64,000 nt of DNA, taken from Felis catus. Lineage: Eukaryota. The notes under the pieces are model-generated. The model did no database searches. It had not been told where the DNA came from and saw only the letters and a list, made by a program, of their open reading frames with translations. Each line of letters opens with the position of its first letter. Positions within the stretch are counted from its first letter, which is position 1. Below are positions 52,101 to 64,000 of the stretch, in pieces. A program made the position numbers and the translations under genes. The stretch is taken from assembly GCF_018350175.1 (NCBI RefSeq), contig NC_058368.1, positions 32,304,001 to 32,368,000 of the forward strand, read 5' to 3'.

Positions 52101-54475
52101 ACTTAGTGTGACATCTCAGATTGACTCTGAACAACAATTCCATGTAGAACATGTCTCTCATAAGATATACAAAAAATATTTGTCCCCTTCTCTCTTCTTT
52201 GATATACATTCTGTTTCTAGGGTATGATTTAAGTGATAATGATCATCCAATAATGATGACATTGTGAATTACTCACTCAAAATGATATTTATCCATAAAC
52301 ACAGACTTAAAGTATATTATAAGTAGTATGTTTAATATTTACATAAGTCAAAACTAAGACACAAAAACTGGTCAACCTTACTAGGGTCTGCTTGATGTTG
52401 ACCTCTCTACTAGAATTAGCTGTGGCCCACAAAGTGATCTGATTTCAGGAATACAGTAAGTAAGTTATTGACTGACATTTTAGCGGGCAAAGCTAAACTA
52501 GCTTCTGGTTATTCATTCATGGTTATAAATAAATCTATATTTTTTGTGTGGAAAATTATATGTTAGAGTGATTCCTAAGGAATCCAATTTTTAAAACTTT
52601 AAAGTAGGTAGGAGTAGAAAAAACAGGCAAACATTTAGGCAAAAATATACACATATAAGAGTGTATGTTGGAAACCAACAATGAAATACTCATTAAAATC
52701 TGTAGATACTACAGTCTTTAACATTTGAACAAAGTTTAAGAAGTCATTTAACTATTCCATATAAATTGCATAGATTTAGATTTTCATTTTCTTAGGCTAT
52801 CCCCTTTTCCAATAAAAATCATCGCTGTGACCCATCTTGCATCATTAACTGACATCTAAATTTCATCTGCTGGTGCTATAATAAATAGCCTAGGGAAAGG
52901 GTATATGGGAGTGCATAGCACATTAAGTAAGCTTCTGAACACAGAGACCTAATAATTTTATACTTTCTTAGAGAACAAATTGTTGGAAGGAAATAAACAA
53001 GTTTAAAGGGAGGTAATGAAAACTGTATCTGGAAAAGAAATATACCATTGAATACATTTCAACAACTTTATTATGCGACATTCCTTTCTCTCTACCTATG
53101 ATTCCCTAAATTATTTTCCAGCACACTCTCTGCAAAGATGCAAAATGAAAGTACCAGAAATTCTAAATAAAATAAGCATACTTATTTTCTTATCAGCCTC
53201 TCAGAAATGTGCAGAAGTGTACTGTAAATAAAAATGTATTTTTCATCTTACATCTTTTTTTATAAGAAGCATTGAAAATAGCCACTGGAGTAAGAGCAGA
53301 ATGAATATAACTATCTATGAGATGTGAAATAAAACTCTACTATTATTTTTACATGTGTATCCATCAACAAGGAAATACATTTTGGAAACACAGGTGTTAT
53401 TACTACTAAAGATAAAAATAAAATACTTCTACCCCTAAACTACTAAAACTATAAAATATATACTGAGGGCATTCTGTGAATTGGTCAATATGTGAAGTAC
53501 TTCGCATCCATTAAAATCTTTTATCTTCATTAGCTGCATGCAATTGGCAACAATATTCCATTTAACAAGTGATTTGCATGAGGTCGTCAGGGAGTTAGTG
53601 GCGGAGTTCTAAATAAAATCCAGATACCATACTGCTACAGTTTGTACCTTTCAGCTTAGGAAGTATCATTTAACTTTAATAAGTAACAAGAAGAAAAAGC
53701 AGAAGAAATATACTATTATAGTTGAATAATCAAACCTGATTTGTGAAAAAATACATCTCTGAGTTTATTAATATAGAAATATTTGTAATGCATAAAGTAA
53801 TATGTATAGATTATAGAATATAATAATGTAGGTATAAAATATAAGGGACCACAATTTAACCAATTTTAACATATATTAATTTAAATCTAAAAATCTAAAA
53901 ATCTTAGCCACTATTACCATTCTTGTGTGTGTGTGTGTGTGTGTTTTCCATATTTGAAACTTTACAATTGATTGGAGTGTAATGTTGATACAGAATAGGA
54001 AAGAATCATATAGAATACTGATTGAATTGATAACACTGCTCAAGAGAGCACTTCAAACTAGTGTCATCTGACTATATCCAATTGTTCTCTTGACATACTC
54101 CTGTGTGATTTGACTGATTAATAATATATTAGCTTGTAAGTATTTAACTCAATCGCATTCCCCAGGTGTTTGTCATATTTCATGTCAACCTATCTTACAC
54201 AGGGTAAAAATATGTTATGAAAACACTGAAAGGTTCTTTGAAACCTTGAAATAAGTTTCAAAATGGACTATTTAATTTTAGTTAAAATAATAAAATTAGT
54301 TTAATTAACTTAGTTATGAATGGATTTGATATTCACTATTTTAAAATTGTGAATAAATCAACTCTTTTAATGAGAAATTATTTGCTTAAGATGCCCATTG
54401 GTTCATGCAATAGAAACTTTGAAAGCAAAATATTCAACAGGAATAGAAGCATTCATTTTAGAAAGTATTATAACA

Positions 54476-54679
54476 GGGTGCCGGGGTGGTCAGTTGGTTA
54501 AGCATATGATTTCTGATTTCTGCTCAGGTCATGATCTCATGGTTTCTGAGATTGAGCTCCGCATCAGGCTCCATGCTGACAGCTCAGAGCCTCTCTCTCT
54601 CTCTGCCCTTCCCCCATGCACTCTCAAGTATGCCCATGTGCACTCTCTCTCTCTCTCTCTTTTCAAAATAAATAAATAA
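54476..54679 (+). mobile_element. Can-SINE
   Basis: gggtgccggggtggtcagttggttaagcat...gctcaggtcatgatctcatgg...(CT)n aaaataaataaataa. Confidence 0.92.
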
Positions 54680-54837
54680 GAAAGTACTAAATTAGTGGGT
54701 TGCCCATATTAATTTCCTAAAAATTAAATAGGTTTAATAATTTACTTTAATTCCTGTTAATTTTGAGAAATTTAAACACCATTCACATACTTATATAACC
54801 AGTTAATATTTGTTTGCTTAGTACTTTTTTGTATATT

Positions 54838-55322
54838 ATTTATTATAAGAAATTGGCTTACACAATTGAGACGGGAGGTGTCTAAGCAAGTGCGGCCATC
54901 AGTCAGGGAATATCATGAACGGTCTGGAGCCATGCAGTCAAGGGAGGTTGCTGTCCAGAACACAGATTCACTCTCTAGTGAGAGCCATAGCCCTCTTGAA
55001 GACTTCCAGATGATTTAGTCTGGTCTGTCTTAGAAAATCTCCCTGCCAACTGATTAAGTCAAATATTCCATTATAATCCACTTTTTAAAAGTTAATTGAT
55101 TAAAAGTTAATTGATTGATTATTCCATTATAATCCACTTTTTAAAAGTTAAAAGTTAATTGAAAATAATTTAATTACATCAAAATCCCCTTCCTTTTGCC
55201 ATGTAATGTAACTTAGTCACAGAAGTGAGATCTATCACATTCTGCCCACACTTGAGGGAACCATAAATAGCATGGACACAAGAAGGTGGAGATCTTGAGT
55301 ACCACAGAATCTTGTCCACCAG
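54838..55322 (-). mobile_element. Old LTR fragments: MLT2-like left part and MLT1F/G-like right part
   Basis: ttattataagaaattggcttacacaatt (MLT2-like); aattacatcaaaatcccc...ttttgccatgtaatgtaac...tcacagaagtga (MLT1-like). Confidence 0.55.
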
Positions 55323-56803
55323 AGAATGCAAAAAGGGTGAGATGTTCAAAAAACCCATCAATGTAATTGTATTATTAGCCTCAAAGAAAAAAAAAGACAT
55401 AAAATTTGTTCCATTGTTTTTAAGCATTTGATCATTTTTTAACAAAAGGAAATTTTCCTAACTCGATAGATCTTCTATATTACCAGTTATTACCTAGAAT
55501 ATTAATGTAAGTAAATTTGAACATGAATTATGAAGGCTGTCTTGTAGCTATTGCTTGGGTATGAATTAAAAGTTGAGTAATCAGATGCACCTGACAGAGA
55601 ATGAGAAGCCAATAGAGCAATGATGTAACAACATATATTTTCCAGAATCAAGACCTGTATTTGTGTTGTCTAGGGTCCAATGCTTGTGAGGTAAATGTAG
55701 CATTTGTCACCAGAGAAGGCAAATTTGTTTTCATTAACAAAAGTTGTTGCAAGATATATAAGATGGACTTTCATCATTAGTTTCATTTCTTATTGGGTTT
55801 TGAGTAGTAAAGGGAAGGAAGGGAACAGACATGACTGGAGATTGGAAAAGGTATTGTACTATAAAAGTCTCTCCCTTAGTAGGGTGGAAGGTATGGGGTC
55901 GTTGGAAACCATTTCTCCTTTCTGACTGCCTAATAAATTTCTCCATCTCCCACAATTCATTTTAAGCCTAGGCCACAGCAATTAGAGGAATCACGCACAA
56001 TCTTTACCATATCATTTCTCTTCTATTACAAAAAAAATATTGTTTTTTTTCATTCGTATGTATCTGAATGAATTTTATAATGATGAAGACATGTTTTAAT
56101 AATCAAATCTTTCAAGCTTACGGTGATTCAAATGCTGACTGTTTGATCTTGTCAGGTTTCCAGAATGTCTTAAAAAATGAACAGCACATTTTCAGATCAT
56201 TATAGAAGAGACTTTAGGTTGATGGCATGATATTTTATCTTCAAATGGAGAAAATGCCCAAGAGTAAGCAATTTTCAAAATGTATAGCCCAACAAAGATA
56301 GGAACATATGAAAGAATTGTTACACTGAACTATGATGAATAGTTTCTAGCTTTTCTGATTAATGGACTGTTCAGAAAGATGTGCATCTGGGAGCATTGAG
56401 TTTAAAATTAAATGTGAGGAATTCCTGAGTTTTAATTTCATATCTTCAAACATATGACTCTGTAATTTATGCAAGCTGTGATGGATTTTTTTAAGCAGCA
56501 TTTAAGATGAGCAGTGTCAATTTCACAGGAGAATAATAGTGAATTTACTATGTGTTCATTACTTCATAAAGGCAACTGAAGAGGGAAAATGAAGTCAACT
56601 ACTTCTTTGGCATCTTACAACTACAACATTTTAAAATTCTGAATTTTGTTTTGTCCATTAGTGTTCTTCATATATGAGCAGTATTTTAACCTAATACCAC
56701 ACTGTAAAATTCTTGCCTAAAATCTCAAAATTTTGCATAATTACTCTTTCCAACTTCTTACTCTGATATTATTTGAATTTTACATTAAAAAAAATAAAGG
56801 TAT

Positions 56804-56890
56804 AGGGTCATCTACATGGCTCAGTTGGTTGAGTATCCGACTCTTGATTTCAGCTCAAGTCCTGATCTCAAGATTGTGGGAGCCTGCTTG

Positions 56891-56938
<48 letters not shown>

Positions 56939-57003
56939 GCTCTGCCCCTCTCCCCCTCTCATACTCTCTCTCTCTCTAAAATAAATAAGTAAATAAATAA
57001 ATG
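56804..57003 (+). mobile_element. Can-SINE with long (CT)n and an internal deletion
   Basis: tggctcagttggttgagtatccgactcttgatttcagctca...gagcctgcttggg (CT)n at about 56893-56935, aaataaataa tail. Confidence 0.9.
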
Positions 57004-59011
57004 AACATACAACCTTAAGTCTATTTATTTTCTATGTATTAGAAAAAAAAGACAGTCAAGACTTTTTTGTTGATAGACTTGATGTTTTGGTATTCTTAAA
57101 ATCTATTTAAAAAATAAAATTAAAAAGAAAATATATGTAGAATTTTTTAAAGAAACAAGAAAGAAATTAAAACAATACAACCAATAGCTTTAGGAGGTAA
57201 AGATAGAATAATGGAATGAAAAGCAATAATAGCAAAAAAAATCTATCATAACATATAAATCCAGTAACATTTTTGTAGAGAAATAAGAGTTAACTTTTTG
57301 ACTAAATTTTAATTAAAAGACAAAAAAATATTATTCAAATTGAAAAATCAGATACCTCTGCAATATAAATGAAATTTCAAATAATGATGTGGATATTTAG
57401 CTAAAGGTAATTTATAGAAAGTATTTAAAAATCTGAAGAGACCTATAACCCAATAAGAAAAACATGTTGACAACTCAATCTTCCATTACAACATAAACAA
57501 AGAAGTAAATAATTGAATACATATATGCATATATTTAAATTCTTAGATCATTTAATACAGTTTTATGAAACATTTATGGAATTTCTTAAACACCAGAAAT
57601 GATTTATTTAATAATTTAAGAATAAAAACAGTCCCGCTCATAATTGCATTAAAAATTTTTTAAAAACATAGTTTCTAGAAAACAGGACCAATAGCTGCAG
57701 CTGCTTACTCTCTGCACACCCAGAGAGTGTGCAGAATAAACTAAGAGCAACTATGTGGCAAAACCTGAATTCATGAACAATGTTTACACTGAACCAGGCC
57801 ACAAATCATCCAAAGTAACACTTCAGAAGAGCATGGTGGGAACAAATCAATTGCTACAAGACACTCCTGTTATCTGTGTCTGAACAAAGGAGAGCAGAGG
57901 GAAGCAAGAGAGGGCCTGACAGACCAGGGAACTGGGGACCCCAAACCAGGGAGTAAGGAGGGGTTTTGCCTGTTTCAGCAGCATGAGAACCGAGTTTGCA
58001 ACAGGGACTAATAGAGCTGAAGCGCCTATAATCTCTTGAAATTGAGTTGTCAGAACTCTGTTCCAACATAAGAACCCGGAGTAAGGAGAAAGTGCTGGGC
58101 AGTAACACAACTGAGTACAATAAGGAAAACAGAAACAATGGGGAAAAAACCTGAAAGAATAGTGGAGGAGGAGAATAGGACCAGGAAATCTGAAAAGCCA
58201 AGACTGTATTTTGGAACATTATTGTAAAAAAAAAAAAAATGACAGTATTCTGTGAAATCAGAATAGCTCTTCTGAAAATATTTTATTCTAAACACTCAAA
58301 AAACTAATTCCACAAAAAAATGAACAACATAAATGTATTGAGGTCAAATCCCATGAAACATATTTATAACAAAAGGTAGAATAGAGTTACTTTGCTACAG
58401 ATTATGAAAATGTGCTAGGAAAAGGTCTGCCCACAGAACAATTTTAAAACTATTAGCTTCTGTTGCAAATCAGTAAAAATGCTAATAAAAATGATATAAA
58501 GCATGCAATAATACAAAGAAAAGAATTAGAAAAACTCAAAAGTGAGGTAACAGAATTCAGGAAATAATTAAATATATTTATATTTAGAAAAAACCATGAG
58601 CAAAGTTTAATTTTACTCTTCATTATCAAGGTACAAAATTTAATTTATGTTTGCATTTGTTTTATACATGGTCTGCTCATACATGGTCTATTTTCTAGCT
58701 AATTGATTATTGAGAAATAATGAAGCCAAGGACCACTAAAATTTTATGGACTAGTTTGATATTTATTTTTCACTGTTATAAGCATTCCTGATATTGATTA
58801 GTTTATTTCCATTGATTCTCAGTGTTCTTAAGTAGAAGTAGAAAAGAATAGAATGTGAGCATATTAATTTTTATATAATCTAAGTAAATCAGCAACACAC
58901 CATTTTTGCCAGAAAATTCTTAGTATCCTTTTTACCATGTGTGTTAAACTAGGAATATCAAATTTTATAAACAAAATAGTTTTCATGAGTTGCTAAAAGT
59001 CACATGCATTT

Positions 59012-59242
59012 GGGGCGCCTGGGTGGCGCAGTCGGTTAAGCGTCCGACTTCAGCCAGGTCATGATCTCGCGGTCCGTGAGTTCGAGCCCCCGTCGGGCTC
59101 TGGGCTGATGGCTCAGAGCCTGGAGCCTGTTTCCGATTCTGTGTCTCCCTCTCTCTCTGCCCCTCCCCCGTTCATGCTCTGTCTCTCTCTGTCCCAAAAA
59201 TAAATAAAAAAAGTTGAAAAAAAATTAAAAAAAATAAAAAAA
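59012..59242 (+). mobile_element. Can-SINE (SINEC_Fc type), very young
   Basis: GGGGCGCCTGGGTGGCGCAGTCGGTTAAGCGTCCGACTTCAGCCAGGTCATGATCTCGCGGTCCGTGAGTTCGAGCCC; long A tail; perfect 18-bp TSD taaaagtcacatgcattt at 58994-59011 and 59243-59260. Confidence 0.98.
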
Positions 59243-59417
59243 TAAAAGTCACATGCATTTAATGACCAAATATAAGGGATGTGAGGGATATTTTGATTCA
59301 AATTTTGTTTAAACTTCCTGTTTAAATCTCAAATGTTGTATCTTATTTGGGACAGTTTGATCATGTTAACTATGATCTTTATGAAGAAAAAAATAAAAGA
59401 TGAATGGCATTTTTAAG

Positions 59418-59480
59418 GTTTTTATTTCAATTCTGTTTAGTTAGCATACAGTGTAAAATTAGTTTCAGGTGTACAATACA
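59418..59480 (-). mobile_element. Very short carnivore L1 3'-terminal fragment
   Basis: ttcaattctgtttagttagcatacagtgtaaaattagtttcaggtgta matches the L1 3' termini at about 22335 and 44040; flanks aatggcattttt / aatggattttt. Confidence 0.65.
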
Positions 59481-59687
59481 GAGGAACAATGGATTTTTGT
59501 AGGTCTTTGTCGTAGTTTCTGAGTCATGGTATAATAGAAATATAGGTTAAAAAATGATTATTCTCATCACAGCCACTTGAACTGATAGAAGAATATGCAT
59601 TGGCTTTGAAATTATAACTGATTATTACCAAAAAGGTGATATTGACATATCAATATTGAAATTGAAATATTACGAAGCTCAGTCACT

Positions 59688-59893
59688 GGGATGCTTGGGT
59701 GGCTCAGTCAGTTAAGCATCAGCCTTCAGTTCAGGTCATGATCTCGTAGTTCGTGGGTTTAAGCCCCACATTGAGCTCTGTGCTGACAGCTCAGAGCCTG
59801 GAGCCTGCTTCAGATTCTGTCTCCCTCTCTCTCTGCTCCTCCCCCGCTCATGCTCTATGTCTCAAAAATAAACAAACAAGCAAACAAACAAAA
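59688..59893 (+). mobile_element. Can-SINE
   Basis: gggatgcttgggtggctcagtcagttaagcat...; (CAAA)n tail; degenerate TSD agctcagtcactg / agcttaatcactg. Confidence 0.93.
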
Positions 59894-60225
59894 GAGCTTA
59901 ATCACTGCATTTCATTTCTAATTTGGACAGTTTGTCAGATATGATTCTCTAAGTAAATTCTGAATAGAAATTATATTACCTCCCATGAGTACAACCAGCT
60001 ACTTCATTCTTATATTAGAGTAATTCCTCATCTATAAATCTTTGCTGATGAAGGTCAACAGTATAGACCTTCTGCTAAGTTTTTCTGTACAATTTAGGAA
60101 GTTGTGACATGTTTGTGTCTGTTTATTGTGCCCAACTACATTTTTTTCCCTTCAATTATTTGTGCAAATATTTGTACTAAAAAAAGGAAAAGAAACCTCT
60201 CATGGAAAATGTGATTAGATTTAAT

Positions 60226-60452
60226 ATTTTATTTTATTTTATTTTATTTTATTTTATTTTATTTGTTTTTTAAATGTTTATTTATTTATTTATCTCTGAG
60301 AGAGAGGGCATGAGCAGGGGAGGAGCAGAGAGAGAGGGAGACAAAGAATCCGAAGCAGGCTTCCTGCTGTAAGTGCAAAAATCCCATGACATGGGAGAAC
60401 ATGACCTGAACTGAAGTCTGATGCTCAACCATCTGAGCCACGGAGGTGCCCC
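60226..60452 (-). mobile_element. Can-SINE with (TATTT)n tail and an internal deletion
   Basis: gagagggcatgagcaggggaggagcagagagag...ctgagccacggaggtgcccc; TSD-like ttaatatttt on both sides. Confidence 0.92.
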
Positions 60453-60502
60453 TAGTGTTAATATTTTACATGCATATGGGTTGATCACATTTCCCTCATA
60501 AC

Positions 60503-60520
60503 GGGGGGGGGGGGGGGGGG
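60503..60520. repeat. Poly-G run (18 nt)
   Basis: Seen directly. Confidence 0.9.
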
Positions 60521-61279
60521 AACAGTGCACATAGTCAGTGCATACATTTTGTTTTAAATCTTCTGCTTATGTGTAATGTTTTGCCTGGAAAGTATTTATT
60601 ACAAAACAGATAAGTTATTCTTTTCCTATTATACAAGTGTGCTATTGATAACATTAGTACAAATCTCTTTCAGTCAAACGAAATACACATACACTATAAA
60701 GTAAAACCGTTTGCTTACATTACTATCTGCGCCTCACAATGTTCAAAATGCAACGAGATTGAAGTGGGAAAATTTTTAGTTGTTAATCACAGGGACTTTT
60801 TCTGTTATATCCAGACTTAACAAAAAACAAAAACAAAACCTTACAAGGTGAAGTATTAAAAAAGAATTTAAAAACTAAAACAGTACTCGATATCAAGCAC
60901 AGTTCTATTATGCTAAATTAAAGTTTGTATATATCATCTCTAGTAAATCACAAATCATGAGCTATTGTTTGAAGTTAGGTAAAGAGAAATGGCTACATAA
61001 CTGGTGTATTGATTTTTTTTAAATCATTAACTATAGGTCCATTATAACACTTGAAAAAAAGATAAGAAGCCAGAAATATTTCTGGTTCTTTCATATATAT
61101 TAAGAGTTTAGTTCTCATTATCAAAAACACAACAGAAACACCAAAAGTAGAGATTTCAGACATTTTGAATTGTTTAAATTCTGAAGCTTTTGCAAATGAA
61201 GATTTATAGAGACACTGTGTGGGATTGCCTTTCACTCTGGGACATTTACAATAAAAGATACAATGTTGGCTTAAATCCC

Positions 61280-61713
61280 ATTAACTACTGAGGTAGATAC
61301 TTTGATTAACTCTCTCATCCTTTTCTACCATGAGAAAGCTAAAACTAATTTTCCTAGAATCTCTTGTAGCTGAATAAAGTTATGTCAATTAGAGGTATTT
61401 GTACAAGATTTAAACGGCCAGAAATAAAACACACACATCCATGGCAGCTGACACACAAATCCCCCAGATGATAGTGTTTGCGACTGCTTGACAGTCTATT
61501 TACATGTGTTTTGGTAGTGACCCCCTTGGGAGCAATATCAATGACCCCTTAATTTCAATATTAAGTTCAGAGATGGAATCTTGGAAATAAATGCCCAGTG
61601 CTCCCCCTTACTTCTAATCCAGCCCTTCAAAAAAGTTTAATAGTCACTGGATTTAATCTCTCCATAGCTTAAAATATTGAGGACTCCCCCTGTATTAAAC
61701 CTTGACCAACATA
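61280..61713 (+). mobile_element. LTR33-like solo LTR (ERVL)
   Basis: aagctaaaactaattttcctagaatctcttgtagct...tacaagattt...ccagcccttc...gcttaaaata...aaccttgacc. Confidence 0.6.
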
Positions 61714-62152
61714 ACAACCAATTTTTAACATTGCATTTATGAAGTATAAATAACTCAACTTTATTTTCTTCAATTGCCATTTCTTTCACATTTATGTATG
61801 AACAGTATATATAACATATTATATAAACAGCACTAAAAAAATACCAATTATTATTTGATAGTGTTTGGGGAGGTATTTGGTTTTGTTTTAGAAAAATGTA
61901 AATTCACGTAAGAGGAAATTTGTGATTTTTGTCTCTGAGTTTCAACTAGGTCTTACCCGAATCACTTGATTATCTGGTTCAAAAAAAAAGGTAAACATAA
62001 TAACAATACGTCATTGCATAACTCTACATTTGAAAAGTATTTTCCAAACTGTAATTTTCCCAATAATTGCAATATCAAAACCCAGAGATAGAAAATAGTA
62101 TATATGGTTACCATTCAAGACTCCAGTCACTGGTTCTGAGAATTTAAAGAAA

Positions 62153-62465
62153 TATGCCCAGTAATGTTTATGTCATCTCCACATTTATATATTGAAGTAC
62201 TAATCCCCAGTGTAACCATATAGGAGGTGGAGCCTTTGGGAGGTGCTTAGGTCTTGAAAGTAAACCCCTCCTGAGCAGGGTTAGTGCCCTTAGACAAAAG
62301 ACCCTATGTGTAAAACATACTGAAAAGAGCCCAGAAGCAGGCTCTCCCAGACACTCAACCTGTTGGCACCTTGATCTTGGACATTGCAACCTCCAGAACT
62401 GTGAGCAATAAATGGTTGTTAAGTTTATGGTATTTTTGCTATAATAGCCTGAATAGACTAGTACA
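62153..62465 (+). mobile_element. MLT1A/A0-type solo LTR (ERVL-MaLR)
   Basis: ctaatccccagtgta...aggaggtggagcctttgggaggtg...tggcaccttgatcttggac...cctccagaactgtgagcaataaat...tatggtatttttgctataatagcctgaatagacta. Confidence 0.88.
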
Positions 62466-62666
62466 TCTGTGTATCGTTCTTCCGGACTTTGTTACAAATG
62501 ATGTAATTATAAACTACTGGATGTTAAAAAGAAACTCTTTACCTATTTTAGAAACAATTATCACATTCACAATAGAATGCAAACACTGCAGAGAAATAAC
62601 TTAAAATATAAATATCACTGATTACCAATATGTCTTCTGGTAGATTGGCTTTTAAATACTCTTTCT

Positions 62667-62881
62667 GGGGCGCCTGGGTGGCTCCGTCGGTTAAGTGTCC
62701 TACTTCAGCTCTGGTCATGATCTCACAGTTTGTGAGTTCCAGCCCTGCATCCAGCTTTGTGCTGACAGCTTGAAGCCCTGCTTCAAAATCTGTGTCTCCC
62801 TCTCTCTGTGGCCCTTCCCCATTCACATGCTGTCTCTCTCTCTCCCAAAAATAAATAAACGTTTAAAAAATTAAAAAAAAT
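62667..62881 (+). mobile_element. Can-SINE
   Basis: ggggcgcctgggtggctccgtcggttaagtgtcc...aaaataaataaacgtttaaaaaa; partial TSD ctctttctg. Confidence 0.95.
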
Positions 62882-63698
62882 AATTATTGCTCTTTCTGAG
62901 GGTGGTATGAATGGAATAGAATTAGCCCTTTAATACATTATACTCGGACGTTACTAGAAAATGCCCTATATTTTCAAATGTTATGAAATCTTCTTAAAAT
63001 GAATTTAGATGTAGATACACACGTCATACACATGCATGAATCTTATTGTTATTCTCCTTATGTATATGAAAATGGTCTTAGAAAGGAATGAGGTAGAGAC
63101 AATAGTAAATAATGAAAATGTGGTTAGAGGTGCAAGAAAAGGAAAGGTAGAAAAATAATACTAATTTATTTTTAAGCAATATTTTTCACTTACACACAAA
63201 TAAACAGGAGATTCTACTTTTTGAGAAAATGTTGATTTTTAAAGCAAGTGTTAACTGGTTATTAATAAATTCCTGGATATGCTTGTGTAGCATATCTTTA
63301 TAATGAATAAATTAACCACACTACACATGCAAAGTCTGCTCTACCAAGAGATATGTATTTATAACAATAAAACAACTGAGAATCCTGCTTCACAGAAATT
63401 CTTCTGTAACAATAACAAACAGTATAATGTATGCACATTAAAATCCTTTATGGGATGTGGAAATTGTATTGATTATACAACAGATGAACAGACTGAATGT
63501 GCACAGGATTTAGCTTTACCAGAATTAGATAAAACAGAAAATAAGGCATCAATACAGAAAATGACATGTCTTAATATCAAAAATTATATTTTCATTACCA
63601 CCCATTTTATTTTTTATGAATAAAGTGTAATTAGGTATTTTTAAGAATCTAAAAATAAGTATTAGAGATGCTTTTGTATAAAATTGAAAGTCAACAAG

Positions 63699-63780
63699 TG
63701 TATATATACATATATATTATATAAATAAATGTGATATGTATCATATCACTATATCATATATAATATATATCATATATATT
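63699..63780. repeat. TA-rich low-complexity tract
   Basis: Seen directly. Confidence 0.75.
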
Positions 63781-64000
63781 CTGTGTATTTTTATTTTCTC
63801 ACAATATGCCATGGAGATTAATCCATCAGGATTTTTAGAGATCATTTATTCCCTTAAGTGCTACATAGTAGTCTATGATATGAATTTATCCACAAACCTT
63901 TACACAGTCAGCTACTAAATAGTTTAGACTTTGTGGTTTAAATGGTCTCTTTCACAGCCACTCAACAACAGCATGTAGCATGAAAACAGTCATAGGCAAT

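Noticed and set aside
55064..55162. 32-bp direct repeats with a 24-bp spacer, superficially CRISPR-like
   Set aside because: Only two copies, the spacer is built from the same sequence, the context is mammalian and there are no cas genes
57670..58590. GC-richer block followed by A-rich sequence, possible promoter or exon
   Set aside because: Pattern fits a decayed old L1/HAL1 5' end, but too diverged to call either way

Overview
AT-rich, repeat-dense mammalian genomic DNA from a felid, judged by SINEC_Fc-type Can-SINEs and L1_Fc/L1_Carn-type LINE-1 3' ends. I can support no cellular protein-coding gene, RNA gene or CRISPR array. The ORFs with recognisable protein similarity are pieces of LINE-1 ORF2; the rest run through SINEs, microsatellites or AT-rich DNA and look spurious. 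The window is intergenic or deep intronic. It holds about 20 Can-SINEs (many with visible target-site duplications, TSDs), several truncated L1s of different ages, a MaLR (MLT1) element nested in an old L1 5' end, solo ERVL/MaLR LTRs, hAT-type DNA transposon fossils (MER58, Charlie4a-like), a palindromic MER53 and many microsatellites. The most notable structures are: (1) a 6.07-kb L1 with both termini and a 14-bp TSD whose ORF1 is almost entirely deleted at a CCAGA junction; (2) one target site hit successively by an L1 and a SINE, leaving three copies; (3) a TSD-flanked MLT1 provirus whose 3' part is replaced by sequence that also occurs about 3.1 kb upstream as an ungapped 159-bp repeat; (4) a compound micro-duplication scar near 55.1 kb. 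I found no evidence for a novel biological system. Repeat subfamily names come from recall of consensus sequences and need RepeatMasker/Dfam confirmation.
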